The notes: generated by a model from the sequence alone, not told the origin. A stretch of DNA of 64,000 nt from Nitrospirota bacterium (GCA_963790205.1 CAWBNQ010000001.1:608001-672000), one strand, 5' to 3'. Shown: positions 10,076 to 21,020, counted from the stretch's first letter. Made by a program: numbers and translations.

Positions 10076-10494
10076 GATACGTGCTTCCAGGAAGATGAAA
10101 TTTACGGTTCAACGAGAAACGGTAAGGCAGGTTTTTCCCAGCCGGAACTTCCCTAAAGGAAGGACGGCACCAAAACGATGGTGATCAATCTGATGTTTGC
10201 TGTTGCTTATAGTGTCGTGCTGCCACGAGCGGTAATATCAGGGAAACATCATCGCCCATGCCGTTCCGCTCGTTTCCTGACCCCGACTCATGACCTGCCG
10301 CATACGCACTGAACAGCCCTGGGCGAGCTATCGCCCACCTGCCGCCTCTTTTTCCCGCACGATAGTAAAAAAGAATGATCCGGGGTCGCTCCACCGGCAG
10401 AACGTTCATGATTTTTACCGGTGCTATACTTAAAAGAGGAACGGAGATATTTTTTTGCAGTTCCGATCTGTTTCCGAAAAAAGGGGTGAGGACA

Positions 10495-10887
10495 GTGATT
10501 CTCCTGTATATACTCTTTGCCTTGACCGTCTCCATGGTCCTGACCGCGCTCTCTGCACCCTGGGTCCCGGAGCAACGGCGGGGTGAGGCTTTCATCGTGT
10601 TTTTCATGGCGCTCCTCCTGGCGGCAGGGGCGTCGGCCGAGTGGCAGGTACCGGCAATTGCCGCAGGCAGCAGGGGTGATGCGTGGACGCCTGCGCTGCT
10701 CCTGGTCGTCTTTTCCGCGATCCTTGTTGTTTCCGCGTTCCTTTCGGTCCGCCCGCCCGATTCCTTTGCCCGGGCAGGCGGGTCGCATAACCATCGGCAG
10801 GACGCGGAGGCTGTGGCGTTCGATATAGTGCTCTGGCTCCTGATGCTCATCTTCGGCATCCTGATCATGAGGAGCTTGAAGCTGTAG
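10495..10887 (+). CDS. Hypothetical 4-TM membrane protein
   Basis: GTG start after GAGG; four hydrophobic segments. Confidence 0.6.
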   Translation: MILLYILFALTVSMVLTALSAPWVPEQRRGEAFIVFFMALLLAAGASAEWQVPAIAAGSRGDAWTPALLLVVFSAILVVSAFLSVRPPDSFARAGGSHNHRQDAEAVAFDIVLWLLMLIFGILIMRSLKL

Positions 10888-11415
10888 CGGCAAGGCTGCG
10901 GATTTGTTTTGACGAGAAGCTTTATTCATGCAGCGACGAATACTGATCGTAAGTGTGCTTCTGAGCCTTCTGCCCCTTCAGCCTTTGGACGGGAAGGGGA
11001 TGCGCGGTCTCCGGGCGTTCAGGACCTCAACCGCTTGAAGGCCCAAGGCGTTGAACAGGGAGGGGGTGGAGTGGCTGCGTAAAACGCTCCCGGGTCGCGG
11101 GGTGGTTATTCTTTGACGCCGAACAGAGGGTCGAGTCTGAAAACACCGACCCCGGCAGGGTACTGGCGGGCAACCGCTTGGGAACCCCATTCGCGGCGAG
11201 CATAATCATTGTACGCGGGCCATGAGGGAATACTGTTCAAGAAAATTTATTGGAACTTCACGGGGCCGGTTTTTACTCGGCGACGTATCCTCTCAAAGGT
11301 TCTCTCCTTGCTTCTTTCTCTTTTCTTTTGTATAATCATCCAGATATCAGGCGCGCGAATCCCATGCCGAGCAGGAGCGGGGCCTGCTCTGTCTGATAAA
11401 GGAGAGAGGCAGGCA

Positions 11416-12195
11416 ATGACCGATGAGGCCATCAAGACAGCCGGCAGCCAGGCGCCGGGGCGAAAAAAAAGCTTCGCCCTGCTCGTGGACGGATACATCA
11501 AGGACCTGTTCACGACCGGCATGATCCTCCAGCGGCTCGACTACGACGTTTATATCGTGAACTCGGCCGAGGACGCGTTCAAGATCATTGATGCCGCCAT
11601 GCCGGCCCTCCTCATAACCGAGCTTTCTTTGCCGCAGATGTCAGGCCTTGAGCTGCTGGTCCGCATCAAATATGATCCCGTGACCAAAGCGCTTCCCGTT
11701 ATTATTCATACGACGGAAGAGAACACAAAGCGCCAGGAGCACTGCCGGGCATCGGGATGCGCCGCCTTTTTGAAAAAACCGGCGCAACCCGGCGCTCTCT
11801 TTAGCGCGGTCCAGCAGGCAACGGAGGCCACCCCGCGGCAGCACATACGGCTGAAGACGCTGCTCCCGGCCAGGGTGGGCGGGTCCAGCTCCTCCGGCAA
11901 TGCCTTCAGCACAGAATATGTTTCGGAGCTGTCGGAAAACGGCATTTTCGTGCGCACGCTCTGCCCCCGTCCGGTTGACGCCATTCTCCCGGTGACCATT
12001 ATGATCCGCTCCATCCCGGTAAAGATCAAAGCGGTTGTCCTGTACAGCGTCCCCATGAAGCCCGGGCTTTTCAAGGAGCCGGGAATGGGGATGAAGTTCG
12101 TCGAAATTTCGGCAACCGACCGGGAACTGCTCAGAAACGTTATTATGGGACAGATCGTAAAAGATATCCCGACTGGCCATCTGAAAATATCCTGA
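11416..12195 (+). CDS. Atypical receiver domain + PilZ domain protein
   Basis: REC-like N-terminus with E at the phospho-Asp position (LLITELSLPQMSG); RQHIR, SENG and GMGMKF PilZ motifs. Confidence 0.8.
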   Translation: MTDEAIKTAGSQAPGRKKSFALLVDGYIKDLFTTGMILQRLDYDVYIVNSAEDAFKIIDAAMPALLITELSLPQMSGLELLVRIKYDPVTKALPVIIHTTEENTKRQEHCRASGCAAFLKKPAQPGALFSAVQQATEATPRQHIRLKTLLPARVGGSSSSGNAFSTEYVSELSENGIFVRTLCPRPVDAILPVTIMIRSIPVKIKAVVLYSVPMKPGLFKEPGMGMKFVEISATDRELLRNVIMGQIVKDIPTGHLKIS

Positions 12196-12451
12196 GTTTT
12201 TCCTGATAACGATGTTGGTCGATTTTTCCTTCTTCCGCACGGCGGCGATCTCATCCGCCGTTATCAGTCATTAAAATCTAACCCATGGGCAAGGCCCCTG
12301 TACTCCGCGTCCCCGCTTTTTTAATTCCGCACTTCATCCTTTTTTAACGCGGTGGTATACTGTAATGGACAGCGCGGTTCGCGACCGGCTTCAAAGGAAG
12401 CGCTAATCCCCGCGGCAATAAAAGCCGGGCGGGAAAGGGAGACGAACAACG

Positions 12452-13219
12452 ATGCATGTCGTCGCAATACACAGCCTGAAAGACGACAAGCAGGCCATGG
12501 CCGGGGCGCTTGGCACCGTCCTCAAGGGAACGGCCTTCGAAGCACTTTCACGCCTGCGTGCTCCCGGAAGCGGACCTTTTGTCGTCGGTGTATTCGCGGA
12601 GCGGGAGCAGGCGGCGGCGCTTGCCGGACAACTCGAGGCCGGCGGCTTCAGCGCCGCGGTCTTGAGCGCGGACGAGCTCGAGACGGAAACGGCCCAATGG
12701 AGCATAAGAAGATTCGGCCTCAATGAGCACGACCTGCGCGTCGAATCCGTTGACGGCCAGAGCCGCACGCTCGCCTATCAGGACATCGGCCTCATCCTTC
12801 GCGGCACCGGGATTTCCAGCAGCACCTCGATCGAAACAACGAAGCAGCGCAAATTCGACCTGGGGACCGCGGTGCTTTCCAGCGGCTTGAAGATGACGAA
12901 GATGACGAAAACCACGCGCGAAGTGACGAGGGAGGAACGGGAGGGATTTTTCACCCTCTATGCTGCAAACACTCCGACGCTTCTGTTCCGCGAGAACAGC
13001 CTTGTCTACGACGCCCTTGGATCCGAGCGCGGATTGTCCCGATCGGCGAATTTCGTTAAGCTTACCGCGGAAATGCGCCGGCGCTGCCCGGCCGCACGAT
13101 ACGACGACCGGCTGCTGAACAGGGCGGGTTCGGCTGCCCTGCTCGGCCCCTCGCTCAGCCCCGAGGAGCATCTTGTCGTTGCCACGGCCCTGCTTGCAAA
13201 GGTGCTGCGCGGGTACTAA
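12452..13219 (+). CDS. Hypothetical protein
   Basis: 255-aa ORF with GGAG SD and genome-typical codon use. Confidence 0.7.
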   Translation: MHVVAIHSLKDDKQAMAGALGTVLKGTAFEALSRLRAPGSGPFVVGVFAEREQAAALAGQLEAGGFSAAVLSADELETETAQWSIRRFGLNEHDLRVESVDGQSRTLAYQDIGLILRGTGISSSTSIETTKQRKFDLGTAVLSSGLKMTKMTKTTREVTREEREGFFTLYAANTPTLLFRENSLVYDALGSERGLSRSANFVKLTAEMRRRCPAARYDDRLLNRAGSAALLGPSLSPEEHLVVATALLAKVLRGY

Positions 13220-13461
13220 GACCTTCCCGGCCGAAGGCAATCCTCCCAGAGATAAAAAAATCGAAAGCGGCGCATATTGGCTTTCATGTTGATTGCTATT
13301 GCATTTAACGGTTAAAAGCGGATAATGAATGGAATCAGGCTCGAGCACCAATTGGATTCAATGAGCATCCTGATACTTTCATTGAAAGCATGCACGGCTC
13401 GTACATGGTATATGGTATAATTATTATCATTTAATTCATGTCATGCTATGAAGGAGAGCAC

Positions 13462-14970
13462 ATGAAAATCCTGCTTGTCTATCCCAAGTACCCCAATACG
13501 TTCTGGAGCTTCAGTTATGCTCTCAAGTTCATCTCCAAAAAGGCAAGCCTTCCGCCGCTCGGGCTTTTGACCGTCGCGGCCATGCTCCCTCCTGAATGGG
13601 AGCTTCGTCTTGTCGACAAGAACGTCAACCGGCTCAAAGACGCCGACCTTCAGTGGGCCGATTACGTGTTCCTGAGCGCCATGTCCATCCAGAAGGAATC
13701 CGCGCTGTCCGTCATTGCCCGGTGCAAGAAGCTCGGCGTGAAAGTCATTGCCGGAGGCCCCCTCTTTACCGCAAACCCCGAGGAGTTCGGCCACGTGGAC
13801 CATCTGGTCCTGAACGAGGCCGAGATCACGCTGCCGCTCTTTCTCGGGGACCTGAAAAAGGGAACAGCGGGCCGCGTCTACACCTCTCCGCAATGGGCGG
13901 ATATCTCAAAAACGCCCACGCCGCGGTTCGATCTTCTGGACCTCAAGGCCTACGCATCGATGAACGTCCAGTATTCACGCGGCTGCCCTTTTGACTGCGA
14001 GTTCTGCAATATCACCGTGCTCTACGGCCGGATACCGAGAACAAAGAGCAAGGAGCAGGTCCTTGCCGAACTTGAGGCACTGTATAGCTTGGGCTGGAGA
14101 AACGGCGTGTTCGTCGTGGACGACAACTTCATCGGGAACAAGGGGAAGCTCAAGAAGGAGATCCTGCCGGCACTGATCGAGTGGATGGAGAAGCGCAAGC
14201 ACCCCTTCGGCCTCAATACGGAGGGCTCCATCAACCTCGCCGACGACGAAGAGCTCATGACGCTTATGGTCAGGGCGGGTTTCGACACGGTCTTCGTGGG
14301 CATCGAGTCGCCGAACGAGGAAAGCCTCGCGGAGTGCAGCAAGTTCCAGAACAGGAACCGCGATCTGATCGCGAGCGTCAAAAAGATCCAGCAGGCGGGC
14401 CTCGAGGTCCAGGCGGGCTTCATCGTGGGGTTCGACAAGGACCCGGCCACGATCTTCGAGCGTCTGATCGGCTTCATCCAGGAAAGCGGGATCGCGACCG
14501 CCATGGTGGGGCTCCTGAACGCGCCGCATGGCACCAAACTCTACCACCGCCTGAAAGCGGAAGGCAGGCTCACGAAGGCCCCCACCGGGGACAACACCGA
14601 TTTCTCGATCAACTTCATCCCGAGGATGAATGCCGAGCACCTGCTTTCCGGCTACCGGAAGATCATCAACACGATCTACTCGCCGAAACACTACTACGCG
14701 CGGGTAAAAAATTTCCTGAAAGAGTACCGTCCGCCGAAAGCACGAGGGGGGCGCTTCCGGGTCATCCACCTCAAGGCCGCCGTCAAGTCCGTCGTGCGCC
14801 TGGGCATTATCGGCCGCGAGCGCTTCCAGTACTGGAAGCTCTTCTTCTGGTCCCTGTTCAGGCGGCCGCGTCTCCTGCCGCTCGCCATCACCCTCTCGAT
14901 CTACGGGTTCCATTTCCGAAAGGTTTTCGCGAGACACGAGAAAGCGTTCAGGATGGGATTGACCCGGTAA
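13462..14970 (+). CDS. B12-binding domain radical SAM protein (DUF4070-type C-terminus)
   Basis: PPLGLLTVAAMLP cobalamin-binding N-terminus; SRGCPFDCEFC CxxxCxxC; VDDNFIGN; GFIVGFD. Confidence 0.92.
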   Translation: MKILLVYPKYPNTFWSFSYALKFISKKASLPPLGLLTVAAMLPPEWELRLVDKNVNRLKDADLQWADYVFLSAMSIQKESALSVIARCKKLGVKVIAGGPLFTANPEEFGHVDHLVLNEAEITLPLFLGDLKKGTAGRVYTSPQWADISKTPTPRFDLLDLKAYASMNVQYSRGCPFDCEFCNITVLYGRIPRTKSKEQVLAELEALYSLGWRNGVFVVDDNFIGNKGKLKKEILPALIEWMEKRKHPFGLNTEGSINLADDEELMTLMVRAGFDTVFVGIESPNEESLAECSKFQNRNRDLIASVKKIQQAGLEVQAGFIVGFDKDPATIFERLIGFIQESGIATAMVGLLNAPHGTKLYHRLKAEGRLTKAPTGDNTDFSINFIPRMNAEHLLSGYRKIINTIYSPKHYYARVKNFLKEYRPPKARGGRFRVIHLKAAVKSVVRLGIIGRERFQYWKLFFWSLFRRPRLLPLAITLSIYGFHFRKVFARHEKAFRMGLTR

Positions 14971-15048
14971 AAAGCCGGTGTGTGAACGATTCTTGACAAG
15001 GGGAACCAGTGACCGGCAGCGACGCACAGCGATGCTTTGGACAATAAA

Positions 15049-15087
15049 AAAAGGCCCGGATGAAACGTTTGTTCATCCGGGCCTTTT
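15049..15087. terminator. Bidirectional intrinsic terminator
   Basis: AAAAGGCCCGGATGAA-N7-TTCATCCGGGCCTTTT between convergent genes, with A and T tails. Confidence 0.8.
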
Positions 15088-15179
15088 CGTGAGACCACTT
15101 TGTCATGCGGTTTTGGCATGGAATGTTTTTATGTCCGCGAGCGGCGAACCACCTGTTGTCCGCCCCGCTCTCTTCGCGA

Positions 15180-16076
15180 TCACGCCGCCTTACGCTGCGA
15201 GTACGCCGGGACGAATACCTCTTCGCAGAACACCTCGAACGACGTCGGCGTCGTGTTCTCCGTCGTGCGCTTCTCGGATTTAATAAGGCCCTCGTTGAAG
15301 GCCCTGCTCATTTCAACATAGAGCCTGCTCATGTCAGGCGACAGTCCGGCGGCGATCATTCCCTTTTCCGCTTCGTCATAGGGGAACATGACGTAGGCAA
15401 GATCGGGCTTGTTGATCTTCCTGCCGATGATCTCCGTGGCCTCAATCGTGCTGAGGTCGCGCTGGCCCAGCAGATACCGGACCGACGAACCGGTAATGTC
15501 CCTCTTTATGAGACGCTCCGCGGCGTACGCTGCGATGTCTTTTGACGCGATCATCGGCAGCTTGAGGTCGCCGCGGCCCGCACCGCCGTTGATGCCCTTG
15601 GACCTGATCAGGTCAATATTCGACATCAGGTTCTCCATGAAGAACCCGGCCCGGATGTGCAGGACCTTCAGCCCCTTGACCTTGTTCAACCGTTCCTCCA
15701 TGTGATTGAGTCCGACGATCGGGCCGGTGCCTTTGGGCAGCTCAGCGCCGGTGCTCGAAAGGTTCACGACAAAGTTCACCCCCGCTATTTCGAGCGCACG
15801 TGCAATGCTCTCACCGATCTTATCGGCATAGTCCAGGAACTTCTCGGCTTTGAGGTTGGGCGGAATCAGCGTAAATACGGCATCAGTATCCTTGAAGGCC
15901 TTTACGAGGAACTCGGTATCAAGCGCGTCGCCGGCAAGGGCCTGGACTTGCTTACTCACGAAGGGCCGCAACCGGTCCGCTGAGCGCGCCACGAGCCGTA
16001 CTTTTTCGCCTTTTTTGATAAGGATATCGGCGATCTTTCCGCCGACGTGACCCGTTGCACCTAAAATAGTAATCAT
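15180..16076 (-). CDS. NmrA-like NAD(P)-binding oxidoreductase
   Basis: N-terminal ILGATGHVG Rossmann motif; VNLSSTGA; GFFMEN; AAGGAGG SD. Confidence 0.88.
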   Translation of the reverse strand: MITILGATGHVGGKIADILIKKGEKVRLVARSADRLRPFVSKQVQALAGDALDTEFLVKAFKDTDAVFTLIPPNLKAEKFLDYADKIGESIARALEIAGVNFVVNLSSTGAELPKGTGPIVGLNHMEERLNKVKGLKVLHIRAGFFMENLMSNIDLIRSKGINGGAGRGDLKLPMIASKDIAAYAAERLIKRDITGSSVRYLLGQRDLSTIEATEIIGRKINKPDLAYVMFPYDEAEKGMIAAGLSPDMSRLYVEMSRAFNEGLIKSEKRTTENTTPTSFEVFCEEVFVPAYSQRKAA

Positions 16077-16371
16077 AATACTCCCTCCTTTCCCCTATAA
16101 CTTCAGTAGTATGGGAAATCAAGACATATCCTGTACTTTAATTTTAACGTAGCACCGGGGCTGTGCAATGTCAACCCCGCGTGAGATCAATGTGTCAGTC
16201 AGGTCAAAAACCATAACGGGAAGACAGGCATGAGGAGGAGAATCCTCCGTTCTTCATCAGCTATTGACAAATATTCCGCTCTGTTATACGATTTCACCGT
16301 GAAAGACAGCGCGAGTACTGCCTGCGGCGCAACCCCGAAGAGAGCTCCGCTCGGTACAAGATAAAACACCA

Positions 16372-16659
16372 ATGGCTACTATTCCTATTACTAAACCCGG
16401 AACTGTTCTTGAACAGCACACCGCCCACATTCCGCGGTACAAGGTCCTGGTCCATAACGACGACGTAAACAGCATGGACCACGTGGTGAGGACGCTCATG
16501 CGCGTGTTCAAGTTTGAGCGCGCGGTATGCGAGGGGATCATGCTCAAGGCCCACCATGACGGCGTGGCGCTCTGCGCTGTCGAGCCCCTGGAACAGGCAG
16601 AGCTCCATCGGGACCAGCTGATTTCCTATTCCCTCGTTTCGACCATAGAAAAAGAATAG
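16372..16659 (+). CDS. clpS: ATP-dependent Clp protease adaptor ClpS
   Basis: YKVLVHNDDVNSMDHVV, MLKAHHDGVA motifs; TTGACA…TACGAT promoter-like pair upstream. Confidence 0.9.
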   Translation: MATIPITKPGTVLEQHTAHIPRYKVLVHNDDVNSMDHVVRTLMRVFKFERAVCEGIMLKAHHDGVALCAVEPLEQAELHRDQLISYSLVSTIEKE

Positions 16660-16819
16660 GACGCCGGCCTCTTGAAGGCCCTTCGACAAATTTTTCAAGC
16701 CTGCCGTATTGCACGCGGCCGCCAAAACACTGCGAAACCTGCCGTCATCGGAGACGGCAACCGTCGCACCTGCTTTTAATGCGTACTGAGAGTAGAAATA
16801 GGGGGGAGAGGAACGGCGC

Positions 16820-17275
16820 ATGACCGAAAAAAACAAATTTTACAAAGACGGAATCCGGTTCGAGTGCCAGGGTGAAGGCAAGTGCTGCGTCACGCGCGGC
16901 CGATACGGTTACGTGTATCTCTCCTTCAACGATCGCCGGCGGCTTGCCGTCCACTTCAAGACCTCGACGGCCGAGTTTACCTTGCGCTATACCGAAAAAG
17001 AAGACGGCTTGTACCAGCTGAAATACGCGGACAAAGATTGCCCGTTCATGAGAGACAGCCGCTGTGCCGTGTACGACGCTCGTCCCTGGCAATGCCGCAC
17101 TTGGCCCTTCTGGCCGGAGAACATGAGCAAGACCGTGTGGGAGCGCGAGGTCGCGTCCTACTGCCCCGGTGTGGGCAGGGGCAGGCTCTATTCCGCTGAA
17201 GAGATCGAGCTGATCATTGCGAAAAAAAGGGACGTCTCCGGATGCCGGCTGAAGTCCGACCCGCTTGATCGATGA
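16820..17275 (+). CDS. YkgJ family cysteine-cluster (Zn/Fe-chelating) protein
   Basis: FECQGEGKCC, CPFM, CAVYDARPWQCRTWPFW, CPG. Confidence 0.88.
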   Translation: MTEKNKFYKDGIRFECQGEGKCCVTRGRYGYVYLSFNDRRRLAVHFKTSTAEFTLRYTEKEDGLYQLKYADKDCPFMRDSRCAVYDARPWQCRTWPFWPENMSKTVWEREVASYCPGVGRGRLYSAEEIELIIAKKRDVSGCRLKSDPLDR

Positions 17276-17732
17276 GATCGCTTCTACCGCTCTCCTCTTG
17301 TTACTGCTGCCGGTTCTATTGCACCTTCAAAGACATTTCTGCCAAGCCTTCCTGCTCTGGCGACAGGCACCTTCGGGTTTATTCTGCAACTTTAGGAGAA
17401 GCCCACGTTGTTCACTGCGGCATTTCCCGCGTCATGTATAAAAAGCAATTTTTGATAGATTGCTACTTGTAATTAGAATTTGACAAAAAGGTTAGAGCGC
17501 GTTATAGCTGTTAGCATAAGGATGCGGGTCTGCTTCGGCAGCCGAGCATGGCTGAGTCCGGGGTTCTTCCAGAGCGCGACTCACCCATGGCCCTGCTGAT
17601 ATCGGTTTCGATGATGCTACCCTCCTCGGGAGAGGGCATAGGGGGGCGGGAGCTGGCCGGACAGCCGAAGGAAATTTCTTTGGTGTGCCCGGTCTTTTTA
17701 TTTCGACATACAGGGAAAAGGAGGAAAACGAC

Positions 17733-18176
17733 ATGCGTACTTCAATTACCGTGGGTCAAGTGTTGAGATCAAAGGGGCAGGAGTTCTGGTATATCACGCC
17801 CTCGATGACCGCCTATAAAGCGCTGGAGATTATGGCTGACAAGAACGTGGGCGCGCTGCTCGTTGTCGATGGCGGCAAGCTGATGGGAGTATTCTCGGAA
17901 CGCGATTATGCCCGGAAGGTCATCCTGAAAGGAAAATCCTCGAAGAGCACCGAGGTGCGGGAACTGATGACCAGCCCGCCGATCTGCATCGAGCCCGAGA
18001 AGTCCATCCATGAGTGCATGGTGCTCATGACGAAGAACCATATCCGTCACGTGCCGGTCATTGACCCGAGGGGGCTTATCGGCGTCGTGAGCATCGGCGA
18101 TATTGTCAACTCCATCATCTCCGATCAGGAAGCCACGATCGAGGAGCTCGAGAGCTACATCACCGTCGGGTATTAA
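17733..18176 (+). CDS. CBS domain protein
   Basis: AGGAGG SD; GVFSERDYARKV, IRHVPV, GVVSIGDIV. Confidence 0.92.
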   Translation: MRTSITVGQVLRSKGQEFWYITPSMTAYKALEIMADKNVGALLVVDGGKLMGVFSERDYARKVILKGKSSKSTEVRELMTSPPICIEPEKSIHECMVLMTKNHIRHVPVIDPRGLIGVVSIGDIVNSIISDQEATIEELESYITVGY

Positions 18177-18596
18177 CGTGTAAGGCGTACCGCGCAAAGG
18201 GCGGCTTTCCGGCATACGGTGCAGCTGATGCTCAGCTGTAATGACATCCGATGCGGAAGGCCCGCCCTGCGCACCCCTTCTATACAGGCTTCGCTTCTTA
18301 TAAAGAAAAGCAGAAAGATCGTTGGTGTGTTTTTCCCTGCAGCAATTCCCTCCGTATTGTGTACAGACCATTCCGCGGGGCACCTGTGTCGGCAGCCCGT
18401 CCGTGCGACTTTCGAAAACTTTTCTGATATATTACTAACAAGAGCATAAATGCTTTGCCACAGAGGACACCGAGAAAAGATCAAACCGCTGATTTTTGAC
18501 GGCTGTTCTTCCGTGGCCTCTTGAGTTCTCGGCGGCAACCTGCGCTCCTTAATAACTACCGTAGACTACTCACCAGGTGTTGGAAGGAGAGCTCCC

Positions 18597-19376
18597 ATGC
18601 GAACACAACAGGAAATGCCAAAAAAAAATTCATCGATAAAAGACGGTCTGCTCTTTTTGCTTGCGCCCGCGGGCTTCGGACTTGCCGTGCTCGCGGCGAT
18701 TGCCGGCGCGCTTTCCGGATTCGGAACGCAATGGGGATGGTGGCCGTTCACGAGCGGTTTTACGATCCTGAAATGCTCTGCCTATGCCGGTCTGATCGCT
18801 GCTGCGGTGTCGCTCGCAGCCGCTATCGTGACCAGACAGGGACGTCTGCGGCGGTGGGTTGTGCTGTCTGCCGCAGGGACCATCATCGGACTTGCCGTTG
18901 CGGGTGTTCCCTGGTCGTGGATGCATAAAGCGGAGAAGCTCCCGCGTATCCATGACATTACCACCGATACGGAAAACCCGCCCCACTTTCAATCGGTCCT
19001 GGCGCTCAGAAAAAACGCACGCAACTCTGCCGAGTACGGAGGGCGTAAAATCGCGGAACAGCAGCTGGCCGCGTATCCCGACATCAAGCCGCTCCTGCTG
19101 GCTGCCCCGCCAGCCCAGGCCTTTGCTCGAGCGTTGGAGACAGCGCGGAATATGGGGTGGACGATCATCTACGCGAACGCCCGCGAGGGCCGCATCGAGG
19201 CCACGGACACGACCTTCTGGTTCGGCTTCAAGGATGATGTGGTGGTCCGCGTTACGGCAGCGTCGGGTGGGAGTCGCGTTGACGTGCGCTCCGAGTCGAG
19301 AGTCGGATTGAGCGACATCGGCACCAACGCGGCACGGATCCGGTTATTCCTCCATAAACTGGGAAGCACAGGGTGA
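18597..19376 (+). CDS. DUF1499 domain membrane protein
   Basis: Three TMs then IHDITTDTENPP, WFGFKDDVVVRV, VDVRSESRVGLSDIGTNAARI. Confidence 0.88.
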   Translation: MRTQQEMPKKNSSIKDGLLFLLAPAGFGLAVLAAIAGALSGFGTQWGWWPFTSGFTILKCSAYAGLIAAAVSLAAAIVTRQGRLRRWVVLSAAGTIIGLAVAGVPWSWMHKAEKLPRIHDITTDTENPPHFQSVLALRKNARNSAEYGGRKIAEQQLAAYPDIKPLLLAAPPAQAFARALETARNMGWTIIYANAREGRIEATDTTFWFGFKDDVVVRVTAASGGSRVDVRSESRVGLSDIGTNAARIRLFLHKLGSTG

Positions 19377-19563
19377 AGGGCCCCGCAAACAGTAACGGTC
19401 CGGCCCTTGCAGAAATACCGAGAGCACCTCACCGATGAAGGCGTCAAGCCTGCGCGCTGCGTCCTCTCCCCGCGGAGCTTTCATCGGAATTCAAACATGA
19501 GGATAGCGTGAAGAATGAGCGCCGAACCAACCTGCCCGCACCCGCACTGTTAATAAAAAAATT

Positions 19564-19591
19564 TTGACAGGGAAAAATATTCTGATAGAAT
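19564..19591 (+). promoter_or_regulatory. Sigma70-type promoter
   Basis: TTGACA-N16-TAGAAT with extended -10 TG. Confidence 0.6.
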
Positions 19592-19671
19592 GCTCTTGTA
19601 CCCGGGCGGCCCGCTAGAAGCGACCGTGAGACCCGGAGGCCGTCGGAGCCGTGAGGGAAGGGCAATGGACA

Positions 19672-19935
19672 ATGTCTGATCAAAAAATTGATATCGGCTC
19701 TTATGCGGGGTACCAGGGCGAAGAAAGCCCGCGGGTTTTTTTTGCCCACGGCGAGAAGATCACAGTCCTTAAAATACTCAAGATGTGGATCGAGGAGGGA
19801 GAGGGGGGCCGAAAGCAAGCGCGGTTCTTCATCGTGCGGGGGAGCGACGGTTTCGATCACACGCTCTATTACGACCTGGAGTCGGGCGTCTGGTTCTACC
19901 GGAGTTTCGAAAAGGCGAAGCGCAGCCACCATTGA
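19672..19935 (+). CDS. Small hypothetical protein
   Basis: 87-aa ORF (YAGYQGEESPRVF…LYYDLESGVW) downstream of a clear promoter. Confidence 0.65.
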   Translation: MSDQKIDIGSYAGYQGEESPRVFFAHGEKITVLKILKMWIEEGEGGRKQARFFIVRGSDGFDHTLYYDLESGVWFYRSFEKAKRSHH

Positions 19936-20033
19936 TAGCGCCGGCAGCGCACCCATACGGTTCTCACGCGGCCTCTCGCCTGCCGCAGCGGCCGGACCCC
20001 GTTGAAATCCGAGGAAAATCCTTGATTTTACCC

Positions 20034-20062
20034 TTGACACCTCAGCGGGTTTTGTATATAGT
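20034..20062 (+). promoter_or_regulatory. Sigma70 promoter of the tRNA-Gln/tRNA-Glu operon
   Basis: TTGACA-N17-TATAGT ending 18 nt before tRNA-Gln. Confidence 0.75.
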
Positions 20063-20079
20063 GCTAGCTCTGTATTCAC

Positions 20080-20153
20080 TGGGGGATCGTCCAGTGGTAG
20101 GACGACAGGCTCTGAACCTGTTTACGGGGGTTCGAATCCTCCTCCCCCAACCA
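20080..20153 (+). tRNA. tRNA-Gln(CTG)
   Basis: TGGGGGA/TCCCCCA acceptor; ACAGG-CTCTGAA-CCTGT anticodon arm; GGTTCGAATCC T arm; encoded CCA. Confidence 0.96.
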
Positions 20154-20254
20154 TACAATGCTCGGAGTTGTGAGTTCGGAGTAGTATCTCTGGCAAGGTT
20201 TTACTCCCAACTCTGCACTCATGACCCTTCCCGCGCCTCATGGGTTCATCGCAC

Positions 20255-20330
20255 GGTCCCATCGTCTAGCGGCCTAGGACGCTGGCCTCTCACGCCGGAG
20301 ACACGGGTTCGATTCCCGTTGGGACCACCA
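20255..20330 (+). tRNA. tRNA-Glu(CTC)
   Basis: GGTCCCA/TGGGACC acceptor; CTGGC-CTCTCAC-GCCGG anticodon arm; GGTTCGATTCC; encoded CCA. Confidence 0.96.
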
Positions 20331-20559
20331 ATTCACCGTTAAGCGCATAAGCCCCTTGCTAAAACCAACAAGACGATAGCCAGGAAGATCGCCGGGGTAG
20401 GCTCATACAATCGCGCTCTCAGCACTCAAACTTCGAACTCTTTTATCCCGTTCCGCAGGGAGACCTGCCTCTGTTTGACCCCATTTCGTAATCCGAAATC
20501 CGCAATCTGCCCCCCCCCAAAAAAATCACCCACCGAAATCCTTGGAATTTCCGCGCTCT

Positions 20560-21020
20560 GTACACTATGCCATGAACCTGATGCTCCACAGCATCGAGAC
20601 CGACAAAAAGCCCGCATCCGAAACGCCCTGGACAAAGAAGCTCTGGAGCTATGACCTCCGCACGAACAGGCACTTCACGCTCAAGACCAGCTCCCTCCAT
20701 CGTTCTGCCTCGATGAGCTTGTAGCTTGCTATTTTGGCTTGAACGGTTCCAAAACAAATCCTCTTTCAGTCCCTCCTTTGTCAAAGGGGGGAGTTTATTA
20801 GATCGCCAGCAGCGCAAGGCTCCGTGGTCCGAGAAGAAACCCGACGGCCCTGGCGGTTATACAACTACGACGGACTTGCCAGCCGCGACATCTTCCGGCT
20901 CAAAGATGAATCCCCCGAAGATTCCGACAACCTCCCCGGTCCAGGCGTGATCGCCTTGGAGATCGTGGAAGATTTGAAAGGCGTTTGCGCAGTTTAGAGA
21001 GATTGTAACCGGCCTCGTGA
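20560..21020 (+). pseudogene. hsdM: Decayed type I restriction-modification methyltransferase (HsdM) relic
   Basis: Fragments in shifting frames: AMNLMLHSIE, DKKPASETPWTKKLWSYDLRTNRHFTLK, RKAPWSEKKPDG, DSDNLPGPGVIALEIVEDL, QFREI; these resemble the HsdM C-terminal half. Confidence 0.7.

Noticed and set aside
10928..11038. 36-aa ORF MQRRILIVSVLLSLLPLQ… with a signal-like start
   Set aside because: No clear SD and no recognisable continuation; possibly a decayed gene, but unsupported
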